Source: Lachnospiraceae bacterium
Lineage (GTDB): Bacteria > Bacillota > Clostridia > Lachnospirales > Lachnospiraceae
Assembly: GCA_045616465.1 (NCBI GenBank)
Contig: JAZLGW010000016.1
Location: 14,900-78,899 of the forward strand
Direction: 5' to 3'
DNA: 64,000 nt
Shown here: positions 1 through 7,751 of the stretch, piece after piece
How positions within the stretch are numbered: position 1 is the first letter of the stretch
How the letters are laid out: each line of letters starts with the position of its first letter
Translations under genes and position numbers: made by a program
The notes under the pieces: generated by a model
Seen by the model: the letters and a program-made list of their open reading frames with translations, nothing else
Database searches by the model: none
Told to the model about the DNA's origin: nothing

Positions 1-471
1 TTTTTCCCCGGGTGAAAGAGGTTTTGGCATGTTGTAGTAGGAGGGTTCCCCATTACAAAACACATTTATCTCATTAAAAACAGTTGTATCATTTACTCTG
101 TCTATTTCAGTTGTTAACTGACTTACTTCTTCTTGAAGATAGCTTCTGTCTGTGTCACTGTTTGTATCGTTGGATGCCTGAATAGCCAGAACTTTCATAC
201 GATTCAAGATATCGTGTACTTCGCCACATGCACCATCTGCAATCTGACAAAAAGAAATACCATCCATTGCATTTTCTGAGGCCCTGGTAAGACCTTTGAT
301 TTGACGACGCATTTTTTCTGAAATTGCAAGACCCGCCGCGTTATCTGCTGCACGATTGATTTTATAACCTGAACTTAATTTTTCTGTGTTTTTCGCAAGA
401 CCCACATCGACAATGCCAAGATATCTGCTTGCATTCATCGCCTGCATGTTTGCTTTAACTACCATACCCAT
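1..471 (-). CDS. fliC: flagellin, N-terminal portion only (C-terminus lies beyond the left window edge)
   Basis: Absent from the ORF track because it is truncated by the edge. Own minus-strand translation from ATG 471 (alt. 465): MGMVVKANMQAMNASRYLG..KLSSGYKINRAADNAAGLAISEKMRRQIKGLTRASENAMDGIS..LNRMKVLAIQASNDTNSDTDRSYLQEEVSQLTTEIDRV, the conserved flagellin N-terminal D0/D1 signature. Confidence 0.85.
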   Translation of the reverse strand, partial: MGMVVKANMQAMNASRYLGIVDVGLAKNTEKLSSGYKINRAADNAAGLAISEKMRRQIKGLTRASENAMDGISFCQIADGACGEVHDILNRMKVLAIQASNDTNSDTDRSYLQEEVSQLTTEIDRVNDTTVFNEINVFCNGEPSYYNMPKPLSPGEK

Positions 472-481
472 AATATTGTTT

Positions 482-751
482 CTAGTCCCAAAGTCCGTTT
501 GGAGTAAAGGTTATCTTCTGGTGACAAAGGGGGCATATTTCTACAGTCGTCCCCTTCGTTTCTTCGTAAATTAGTTGCATTGGCGCATGACAATCATCGC
601 AAATTGCCGTTCTACTTCTAGAAAACTTTTTGCAATGATCACAAAAGAAAAGCTTTACCCCTTCCTTTTGATTAAAATCTCGCCTGCCAAAACCGAGATA
701 ATAATCCCGGTCTTTTTGGCAGGCACAATTTACTTGAATAATTTTACCCAT
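482..751 (-). CDS. small Cys-rich zinc-ribbon-like protein, function unknown; first gene of the flagellin transcription unit
   Basis: 89-aa ORF with an AGAGGG Shine-Dalgarno about 6 nt upstream. Eight Cys in paired motifs (C9xC11, C37xxC40, C51xxC54, C73xxC76). Its stop codon is 10 nt before the flagellin ATG. Confidence 0.6.
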   Translation of the reverse strand: MGKIIQVNCACQKDRDYYLGFGRRDFNQKEGVKLFFCDHCKKFSRSRTAICDDCHAPMQLIYEETKGTTVEICPLCHQKITFTPNGLWD

Positions 752-784
752 TGTTACCCTCTTAAAAACTTCCTATATTAAAAC

Positions 785-812
785 ATATCGGTTATGAAAA
801 CGTTTTACTTTA
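785..812 (-). promoter_or_regulatory. sigma-28 (SigD/FliA)-type promoter candidate
   Basis: Minus strand reads TAAA-N16-ACCGATAT, close to the flagellar sigma consensus TAAA-N15-GCCGATAA/T. It lies about 35 nt upstream of ORF 482..751. Confidence 0.5.
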
Positions 813-857
813 ATTTGTACTGCAATGGCCAGTGGAAGAAATGTAGGGAAAACAAAA

Positions 858-895
858 TAACACTATAATCGCACGAAATATAAAAATAGTGTTAT
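858..895. promoter_or_regulatory. 9-bp inverted repeat (TAACACTAT-N20-ATAGTGTTA) overlapping two -10-like hexamers; candidate operator upstream of the kinase gene
   Basis: Read directly: arms at 858..866 and 887..895; TATAAT at 864..869 and TATACT at 894..899. Confidence 0.35.
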
Positions 896-917
896 ACTAG
901 CATGAGAGGTGAAAAAC

Positions 918-1667
918 ATGTTCTCAGAGCTAGTAACAAATGACTATAAGATGCAGATGTCTGGAACCAGTGAAGGGAGTCAGGAAAAGTACTACAAAGA
1001 TGGATACTGGTATAAAGAAAATAAACATGGCGATGAAGCGAGGGCAGAGTATCTTTCGTCTAGATTATTGACGTTTTCTTCGTTGCAACCATCCGAGTAT
1101 ATTTTGTATGAGATGGGAACAATTAACGGAAAAAAAGGATGTAGGAGTAAAAATTTCCTTGGAGAAGAAGAGGAGCTAATTACATTTTACAGGCTATATT
1201 TTAACGAGACGGGAGAAGATCTTTCGAAAAAATATATGGGATACGGTTCAGCAGAAGAACGTATCGCTTTTACAATAGATGAAATGAAGCGAATTACGGG
1301 TTTAGATGTATGCGATTATTTACGAAAGATAATTACATTAGACCGTATTATTCTAAATGAGGATAGACATGTAAATAATTTGGCACTTGTATATGGAGAG
1401 AAAGGCTTTCGACCGGCGCCAATTTTTGATAATGGGATTTCTCTGCTTACGGCGAATCGAAGCGTGTCTATGCAAACACCTATGAAAGATAATGTAAGGA
1501 AGGTTGTGGCGCGACCATTTTCTGGCGACTTTGAGAAAATGTATTCTTGCTTGGGGAAGGGATTTGAACTAAATACAGAAGATGCGATTGCGTGGCTTCA
1601 AACAGAAGGGATGTCCTTTGAACGAGAAGTGTTACTTTATCAGTTAAAGCATTTGGAGGGGGTTTGA
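918..1667 (+). CDS. HipA-like Ser/Thr kinase, C-terminal kinase core only (HipT-like, lacks the HipA N-terminal subdomain)
   Basis: Motifs SGTSEGSQEK (Gly-rich loop), LNEDRHVNNLALV (catalytic loop) and IFDNG (Mg-binding Asp). ATG 918 is preferred over the ORF-track GTG 909 because a GAGAGGTG SD precedes it. Paralogous to 27799..28998. Confidence 0.75.
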   Translation: MFSELVTNDYKMQMSGTSEGSQEKYYKDGYWYKENKHGDEARAEYLSSRLLTFSSLQPSEYILYEMGTINGKKGCRSKNFLGEEEELITFYRLYFNETGEDLSKKYMGYGSAEERIAFTIDEMKRITGLDVCDYLRKIITLDRIILNEDRHVNNLALVYGEKGFRPAPIFDNGISLLTANRSVSMQTPMKDNVRKVVARPFSGDFEKMYSCLGKGFELNTEDAIAWLQTEGMSFEREVLLYQLKHLEGV

Positions 1668-2362
1668 TGGAAAACTGTCGGGAACTATATTATTTTTTTC
1701 TGATGAAGATAGCGGAGATAGAACAAAGTCTTCAAGGAATAGAAAAAGAATTGCAGGAACTGGATTCGCAGATAACTTATACCAATATTTTTATAAAGAA
1801 TATTCAAGGGAGATTGTACTACTATGGGCAGTGGTACGAAGGTAAAAGGTTAGTGAATAAATCTTTGGGGAGAGTTAGTCCAGGAAGTATTGCGGATATG
1901 GAAATGAAAATTGAGCGCTATCAGGAACTAAAGGAAGCAAAGGAAGAAAAAGAAGAGTTGCTACGATTTGTGCAGAAGAGTCTAGAGCGGTTGAAACGCC
2001 AGAAAGAGAATGTTAAAAAAGCAGACGAGAATTACACGTTTGAAGTGTATTGGAAGAATGAGATTGCTTCGAGAGTATATGTGCGAGGAGAAGAAATTAG
2101 AGTCACAAGGTTAATTAAGCATCCTGTTAAACAAATCTTTGCGAAGGATAAGATGACCAGGCATCAGCTCAATACGATTTTTCTTTCGCGGTGCTGGGAC
2201 CCCGATAGGCGGGATAGCGATTTGCTGTTGAAAGGTTTAGGATTGGAAACTTTTAATCCCAGAGAAATTGTAAGAAGAACACATGGTGTTATGTATAACG
2301 ATTTTATTTGGTTTCGTTTCCCGGGAGAGAACTTGCGGGCGGAAGATGTGCTTTGCCGTTAG
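1667..2362 (+). CDS. coiled-coil protein with a C-terminal HipA-N-terminal-like (HipS-like) module; putative partner/antitoxin of the upstream kinase
   Basis: ATG overlaps the kinase stop (TGATG) and follows GGAGGGGG. The N-terminal ~120 aa is heptad-like and Glu/Lys-rich. The C-terminal ~110 aa (FLSRCWDPDRRDSDLLLKGLGLETFNPREIVRRTHGVMYNDFIWFRFPGENLRAEDV) aligns by eye with the N-terminus of the 399-aa HipA-like protein at 27799. Confidence 0.6.
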   Translation: MENCRELYYFFLMKIAEIEQSLQGIEKELQELDSQITYTNIFIKNIQGRLYYYGQWYEGKRLVNKSLGRVSPGSIADMEMKIERYQELKEAKEEKEELLRFVQKSLERLKRQKENVKKADENYTFEVYWKNEIASRVYVRGEEIRVTRLIKHPVKQIFAKDKMTRHQLNTIFLSRCWDPDRRDSDLLLKGLGLETFNPREIVRRTHGVMYNDFIWFRFPGENLRAEDVLCR

Positions 2363-2380
2363 GAAGACCTCGCTTCCCCT

Positions 2381-2791
2381 TTATATCACAATTTCCCTAA
2401 GTGCATAATATTCTAATGTGGCTTTGCACACCAGAATGTTTTCGGAAGTGTAAAAATTGACTTCATAGGTAAGGAGAGAGCGTCCTGCTTTCAGCTCCAC
2501 TGTTTCGACGAGTAAATCTTTCTCTGCTGGTGCTCCATTTAAGTAGTGGATATGACCGGTAGAAGTTGTAACATACTTTCCATACGTCATGGCAGCGGTA
2601 CCAGCAACCGTATCGGCTACGGCATAGTAGAGTCCGCCGTGCACAGTGCCAAATGGATTGGCGATTTCTTTTGAACCTTTTAGGAGGGCTTTCACATATC
2701 CTTCCTTTATTTCAAGAATTTCAATCGGGAGATGCCCGATAAAGCCAACGGGCTGTTCAATATTCTTTTTCAAATATTCCAATAGTTCCAT
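2381..2791 (-). CDS. PaaI-family hotdog-fold thioesterase
   Basis: 136 aa; NPFGTVHGGLYYAVADTVAGTAA motif typical of PaaI/4HBT thioesterases. Confidence 0.8.
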   Translation of the reverse strand: MELLEYLKKNIEQPVGFIGHLPIEILEIKEGYVKALLKGSKEIANPFGTVHGGLYYAVADTVAGTAAMTYGKYVTTSTGHIHYLNGAPAEKDLLVETVELKAGRSLLTYEVNFYTSENILVCKATLEYYALREIVI

Positions 2792-2805
2792 AAGCTATAT
2801 TTACA

Positions 2806-3681
2806 TTATATTTCCCATCTTCCGCTGGCACCGCAGGGAAGAACATAATCTGAATTCTTTATAGGGAGTCCGATTTCTTCACTGTGGACCTGCCCACCGT
2901 GCTTCTCTTCAACTGCTTTCTTAATCATATAGGTAAGAACGCCAGGCTGCAGCCCGGTTGTATAGGAATTAACCAGGAAGAACAGGGGCTGGTCACTTAA
3001 TAGCTCGGCAGCGGAGGAGATGAGGGGGAAGACACAGTCTTCTAATTTCCAAATTTCGCCCTTGGGTCCTCGTCCATAGGAGGGTGGATCCATAATGATG
3101 CCGTCATAGTGGTTACCTCTGCGAATTTCGCGGTCGATGAACTTTTGGCAGTCATCCACGAGCCATCGGCAGCTGGTTTCAGGAATTCCAGAACTGATAG
3201 CATTTTCCTTGGCCCACTGTACCATACCTTTGGAAGCATCAACATGCGTTACATGTGCACCAGCAGCGGCAGCAGAAACGGTGGCACCCCCGGTATAAGC
3301 GAAAAGGTTTAATACCTTCACGTCTTTTCTGCCGGAATTCTTGATTTTGTTATAAAACCAGTCCCAGTTCGTCGCCTGTTCGGGAAACAGGCCTGTATGC
3401 TTAAAGGAAAATGGCTTCAAATGGAAGGTTAGTGTATCGCCGGGAAGGTCATAATGAATGGTCCACTCCTTGGGGAGGTCACGAAATTCCCATTCGCCAC
3501 CGCCTTTGCTGGAACGATGATAATGTCCATTCCATTTTCTCCAGCCGGGATGCTCCTTGGGTGTATTCCAGATTACCTGAGGGTCTGGGCGAAGCAGGGT
3601 ATACTTACCCCAGTTCTCGAGCTTTTCTCCTTCGGAGGTATCTAGTATTTCATAATCTTTCCAATTATTAGCGACCCACAT
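2806..3681 (-). CDS. class I SAM-dependent methyltransferase (RlmI/RlmK-like rRNA methyltransferase catalytic domain, no PUA domain)
   Basis: 291 aa; VLNLFAYTGGATVSAAAAGA (SAM motif I) and IIMDPPSYGRG (motif IV DPP). Confidence 0.8.
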   Translation of the reverse strand: MWVANNWKDYEILDTSEGEKLENWGKYTLLRPDPQVIWNTPKEHPGWRKWNGHYHRSSKGGGEWEFRDLPKEWTIHYDLPGDTLTFHLKPFSFKHTGLFPEQATNWDWFYNKIKNSGRKDVKVLNLFAYTGGATVSAAAAGAHVTHVDASKGMVQWAKENAISSGIPETSCRWLVDDCQKFIDREIRRGNHYDGIIMDPPSYGRGPKGEIWKLEDCVFPLISSAAELLSDQPLFFLVNSYTTGLQPGVLTYMIKKAVEEKHGGQVHSEEIGLPIKNSDYVLPCGASGRWEI

Positions 3682-3750
3682 AGTATTTCTCTTTCTATTC
3701 TTAATTAAAATATTTTTTACATATTAAAGCAGATTGGATTATCGGTATAA

Positions 3751-3773
3751 GGACAAAGCATTCCTTTCTGTCC
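3751..3773. repeat. hairpin-forming repeat copy A (ggacaaagcattcctttctgtcc)
   Basis: Near-identical to the reverse complement of 3939..3960. Confidence 0.6.
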
Positions 3774-3938
3774 TTTGTGTAGGAGCATTACAGCCTCTTA
3801 TTGTTCTTTCTTATATAGTAGCAATTCCGGAACACGACGTTCCGGAAAGCCTGCACTGAGACAGGATGTCGAATTGCAGGCGGTTGCGTATCACACCGCA
3901 AACTTATGGAACAATTAGAGGGGTGTGCGACGGAACCT

Positions 3939-3960
3939 GGACAGAAGGGAATCTTTGTCC
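3939..3960. repeat. hairpin-forming repeat copy B (inverted; reverse complement ggacaaagattcccttctgtcc)
   Basis: Inverted copy of 3751..3773, about 165 bp away. Confidence 0.6.
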
Positions 3961-4006
3961 TATAAAAAACAGTTTCTTCTATATATATGTATTATGTAAA
4001 CTGACC

Positions 4007-4035
4007 TTGCATATCCGACTACATTATAATATAAT
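4007..4035 (+). promoter_or_regulatory. sigma-A promoter P1 of the S10 cluster
   Basis: TTGCAT-17 nt-TATAAT read directly. Confidence 0.5.
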
Positions 4036-4148
4036 CCCTTTGTCAGCACAATTCCCCAAGAATTTGTGGTCTGTGGTCTATATTTTGTGGATTTCGCCTT
4101 TTCGACGAAAATTTATGAAAAATTTTGTCAAAATTTTCAAAAAAGTTC

Positions 4149-4176
4149 TTGCAATTAAAAAATCCCGTGTTATAAT
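4149..4176 (+). promoter_or_regulatory. sigma-A promoter P2 of the S10 cluster, with extended -10 and an upstream A/T-tract UP-like element
   Basis: TTGCAA-16 nt-(TGT)TATAAT. Phased A-tracts (aaaatttatgaaaaattttgtcaaaattttcaaaaaa) lie immediately upstream. Confidence 0.6.
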
Positions 4177-4441
4177 GGCTATTGCTGTGGCATGATAGCG
4201 ATGAAGCGTGAGGTTGCTATGAGTGCGAAAGTGCTTATAGGTTTTCCGTGGAGCGAATGTCAATGCGGAGTCTGTGATCCGCAACAAATTTGACGACAAG
4301 TCACTGTACGAACCGTCTGCAAAGGCAGAAACGACGTGTAAAACTAAATGTGAGTTTAGGACACACACGGGTAAGTGTACAGTCACCAGCTTGTCGTACT
4401 TAGAGAAAAATTAAAAGTACGAAAAGGAGGCGACTTTTTTT

Positions 4442-4756
4442 ATGGCAAATCAGGCAAGAATGAGAGTCACATTAAAAGCGTATGATCATCAGTTAATTGA
4501 TGCATCAGCAAAGAAGATTATCGAAACAGTTAAGAAGAACGGTGGAGAGGTTTCCGGACCAGTTCCCCTGCCTACTAAGAAAGAGGTAGTTACCATTCTT
4601 CGTGCAGTACACAAGTACAAGGATTCCAGAGAACAGTTCGAGCAGAGAACTCACAAGAGACTCATCGACATCATGAATCCTTCCCAGAAGGTTGTTGAAT
4701 CCCTTCAGAAGATGGATATGCCTGCTGGTGTAAGTTTCGACGTTAAGATGAAATAA
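4442..4756 (+). CDS. rpsJ: 30S ribosomal protein S10
   Basis: 104 aa; [14 protein letters not shown]10 signature; AAGGAGG SD; first gene of the conserved S10 operon order. Confidence 0.97.
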   Translation: MANQARMRVTLKAYDHQLIDASAKKIIETVKKNGGEVSGPVPLPTKKEVVTILRAVHKYKDSREQFEQRTHKRLIDIMNPSQKVVESLQKMDMPAGVSFDVKMK

Positions 4757-4884
4757 TTATCATAATTATTATTTTTTAGAAAGAAAAGCCTCTACTAACT
4801 TTATGTATAGCCCCAAGGGGTGTAGGAAACACAGAACCTATAGCGAAAGCCTATACCGCTTTAGTAGAAAAAAAGGAGGAAAAA

Positions 4885-5568
4885 ATGAAGAAAGCAATTT
4901 TGGCTACTAAGATTGGTATGACCCAGATCTTCTCAGAAGACGGCGCACTGATCCCCGTAACTGTATTACAGGCTGGTCCTTGCACAGTTACCCAGGTTAA
5001 GACTGTAGAGAACGATGGTTACAGCGCAGTGCAGGTTGGTTACGTTGACAAGAAGGAAAAGGTTATTAACAAGGACAAGGCTGGCAAGAAGGAAATCGCA
5101 CATCGTCATGGTGTGAACAAGCCCCTTCAGGGACACTTCGCAAAAGCTGGCGTTTCCGCTAAGAGATATTTAAGAGAGTTCCGTTTTGAGAACGCAGAAG
5201 AGTATCAGTTAGCACAGGAAATCAAGGCAGACATCTTCGCTGAAGGCGATAAGATTGATGCAACCGCTACCTCCAAGGGTAAGGGATTCCAGGGTGCTAT
5301 CAAGCGTCACGGACAGTCCAGAGGACCTATGGCTCACGGTTCCAAGTATCACAGACATGCTGGTTCCAACGGTGCATGTTCATCTCCTTCCAGAGTATTC
5401 AAGGGAAAGAGAATGCCCGGACACATGGGTTGCGTAACCGTTACTGTTAAGAATCTTGAGGTTGTTAAGGTTGATGCTGAAAAGAACCTGATTCTTGTAA
5501 AGGGTGCAGTACCTGGACCTAAGAAAGCACTTGTTACGATTAAAGAAACAACAAAGGCTGAAGCATAA
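4885..5568 (+). CDS. rplC: 50S ribosomal protein L3
   Basis: 227 aa; [14 protein letters not shown] and [11 protein letters not shown] motifs; operon position. Confidence 0.97.
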   Translation: MKKAILATKIGMTQIFSEDGALIPVTVLQAGPCTVTQVKTVENDGYSAVQVGYVDKKEKVINKDKAGKKEIAHRHGVNKPLQGHFAKAGVSAKRYLREFRFENAEEYQLAQEIKADIFAEGDKIDATATSKGKGFQGAIKRHGQSRGPMAHGSKYHRHAGSNGACSSPSRVFKGKRMPGHMGCVTVTVKNLEVVKVDAEKNLILVKGAVPGPKKALVTIKETTKAEA

Positions 5569-5594
5569 GAAAGTCGAAAGGAGGACAACTTATC

Positions 5595-6215
5595 ATGGCA
5601 ACAGTTAATGTATTAAATATGGAAGGCAAGGAAGTTGGCACGATCGACTTAAGCGATGCAATCTTTGGTGTAGACGTTAATGAACATTTATTACACCTTG
5701 CAGTAGTGCAGCAGCTTGCTAACAATCGTCAGGGAACCCAGAAGGCAAAGACCCGTTCTGAAGTATCCGGTGGCGGAAGAAAGCCTTGGAAGCAGAAGGG
5801 AACCGGTCACGCAAGACAGGGTTCAACCAGATCTCCTCAGTGGACTGGTGGTGGTGTAGTATTCGCTCCCGTTCCTAGAGATTATGAGACCAAGATGAAC
5901 AAGAAGGAAAAGAGAGCAGCACTTAAGAGCGCTCTTACCGATAAGGTTCAGAATCAGAAACTCATCGTTCTTGACGAACTTAAACTTGATGAAGTTAAGA
6001 CCAAGAGAATGGCTGAGATTCTTAAGAACATCAAAGCTGAGAAGGCTTTAGTTGTTACGGAAGACAAGGATCAGAATGTTATCCTTTCTACCAGAAACAT
6101 TGCTGACGCTAAGAGCGCTATGACCGGCACCATGAACGTATATGATGTTATGAACGCTGGTACCGTAGTACTTACCAAAGCAGCGGTAGCAAAGATTGAG
6201 GAGGTATATGCATAA
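5595..6215 (+). CDS. rplD: 50S ribosomal protein L4
   Basis: 206 aa; [19 protein letters not shown] motif. Confidence 0.97.
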   Translation: MATVNVLNMEGKEVGTIDLSDAIFGVDVNEHLLHLAVVQQLANNRQGTQKAKTRSEVSGGGRKPWKQKGTGHARQGSTRSPQWTGGGVVFAPVPRDYETKMNKKEKRAALKSALTDKVQNQKLIVLDELKLDEVKTKRMAEILKNIKAEKALVVTEDKDQNVILSTRNIADAKSAMTGTMNVYDVMNAGTVVLTKAAVAKIEEVYA

Positions 6216-6514
6216 TGGCAGCAGTTGAATATTATGACGTAATTTTAAAGCCTCTTGTAACCGAGAAGAGCATGGATATTATGGCTGAGAAGAAGTACAC
6301 CTTCCTTGTACACACCGAAGCTAATAAGACCCAGATCAAAGAAGCAGTTGAGAAGATGTTTGAAGGCGTTAAAGTCGCTAAGGTAAACACCGTAAACCAG
6401 GATGGAAAGACCAAGCGTCGTGGCCGTACTGTTGGAAAGACTGCAGCAACCAAGAAAGCTATCGTACAGCTTACAGCAGATAGCAAGGACATTGAGATCT
6501 TCTCAGGTCTGTAA
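6215..6514 (+). CDS. rplW: 50S ribosomal protein L23
   Basis: 99 aa; [10 protein letters not shown] motif; start overlaps the rplD stop. Confidence 0.95.
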   Translation: MAAVEYYDVILKPLVTEKSMDIMAEKKYTFLVHTEANKTQIKEAVEKMFEGVKVAKVNTVNQDGKTKRRGRTVGKTAATKKAIVQLTADSKDIEIFSGL

Positions 6515-6576
6515 AATACGGTTGCAACCATACACAAGACAAGTGTGATAATAAACGTAAAAGGAGATAAAAAGAC

Positions 6577-7422
6577 ATGGGTATCAAAACTTATAATCCC
6601 TATACCCCGTCCCGTAGAAACATGACCAGTTCTGACTTCTCCGAGATTACCAAGAGCACTCCTGAAAGAAGCCTCTTAGAATCTAAGAAGAAGACCAGCG
6701 GTCGTAACAATCAGGGCAAGATCACCGTTCGTCACCACGGCGGCGGAAACAGACAGAAGTACAGAATTATCGATTTCAAGAGAAATGCTAAGGATGGCGT
6801 TCCTGCAAAGGTTATCGGTATCGAGTACGATCCTAACAGAACTGCAAACATCGCATTAATCTGCTATGCAGATGGCGAGAAGGCATATATCTTAGCACCT
6901 CAGGGCTTAACCGATGGTATGACCGTTATGAACGGTGCTGAAGCAGAAATCCGCGTAGGTAACTGCTTACCTCTCTCTGAGATCCCTGTAGGTACCCTGG
7001 TACATAATATTGAGCTTTTCCCTGGTAAGGGTGGTCAGATGGTTCGTTCCGCTGGTAACAGCGCACAGCTGATGGCAAAAGAAGGAAAGTACGCAACACT
7101 TCGTCTTCCTTCTGGCGAAATGAGAATGGTTCCTATCGGATGCCGTGCTTCCATCGGTGTAATCGGAAATGGTGATCACAACCTTATCAATTACGGTAAA
7201 GCTGGTCGCAAGCGTCACATGGGTATTCGTCCTACCGTTCGTGGTTCCGTAATGAACCCTAACGACCATCCTCACGGTGGTGGTGAAGGTAGAGCACCTA
7301 TCGGTCGTCCTGGTCCTTGCACCCCTTGGGGTAAGCCGGCAATGGGCTTAAAGACCAGAAAGAAGAAGAAGAACTCTAACAAGCTGATCGTAAGAAGACG
7401 CGATGGTAGAGCGATCAAGTAA
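6577..7422 (+). CDS. rplB: 50S ribosomal protein L2
   Basis: 281 aa; [22 protein letters not shown] and HPHGGGEG motifs. Confidence 0.97.
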   Translation: MGIKTYNPYTPSRRNMTSSDFSEITKSTPERSLLESKKKTSGRNNQGKITVRHHGGGNRQKYRIIDFKRNAKDGVPAKVIGIEYDPNRTANIALICYADGEKAYILAPQGLTDGMTVMNGAEAEIRVGNCLPLSEIPVGTLVHNIELFPGKGGQMVRSAGNSAQLMAKEGKYATLRLPSGEMRMVPIGCRASIGVIGNGDHNLINYGKAGRKRHMGIRPTVRGSVMNPNDHPHGGGEGRAPIGRPGPCTPWGKPAMGLKTRKKKKNSNKLIVRRRDGRAIK

Positions 7423-7451
7423 TTAGCCGTAACTTTTAAGGAGGAAATATC

Positions 7452-7733
7452 ATGGCCAGATCATTAAAGAAAGGACCTTTCGCTGACGCTAGCCTTTTAA
7501 AGGCAGTAGATAAGATGAATGCGTCCGGCAACAAGCAGGCAATTAAGACTTGGTCCCGCCGTTCTACAATCTTCCCTTCCTTCGTAGGATTGACGATTGC
7601 AGTACATGACGGTCGCAAGCATGTGCCTGTATATGTAACCGAGGATATGGTTGGACATAAGCTTGGTGAGTTTGTAGCAACTAGAACTTTCCGTGGACAC
7701 GGAAAAGATGATAAGAAATCTAAAGTAAGATAA
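7452..7733 (+). CDS. rpsS: 30S ribosomal protein S19
   Basis: 93 aa; [10 protein letters not shown] and [11 protein letters not shown] motifs. Confidence 0.97.
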   Translation: MARSLKKGPFADASLLKAVDKMNASGNKQAIKTWSRRSTIFPSFVGLTIAVHDGRKHVPVYVTEDMVGHKLGEFVATRTFRGHGKDDKKSKVR

Positions 7734-7751
7734 GAAGGAGGATAAGTAACT

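Noticed and set aside
386-781. Plus-strand ORFs 386..574 and 575..781
   Set aside because: They overlap the flagellin N-terminus and the zinc-ribbon ORF on the opposite strand. The minus-strand products have clear protein signatures or an SD; the plus-strand ones do not.
3826-3860. Possible SRP (4.5S/scRNA) domain IV because of GTTCCGGAAAGCCTGCAC
   Set aside because: It resembles the conserved GGTCCGGAAGGAAGCAGC motif only superficially. The surrounding sequence does not form the symmetric and asymmetric loop helix, and the length and context do not fit.
3866-4386. ORFs 3866..4195 (+) and 4078..4386 (-) in the 760-nt gap before rpsJ
   Set aside because: They span the two consensus promoters, the A-tract UP region and the leader. 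They have no SD and an implausible composition, so the region is treated as regulatory and non-coding.
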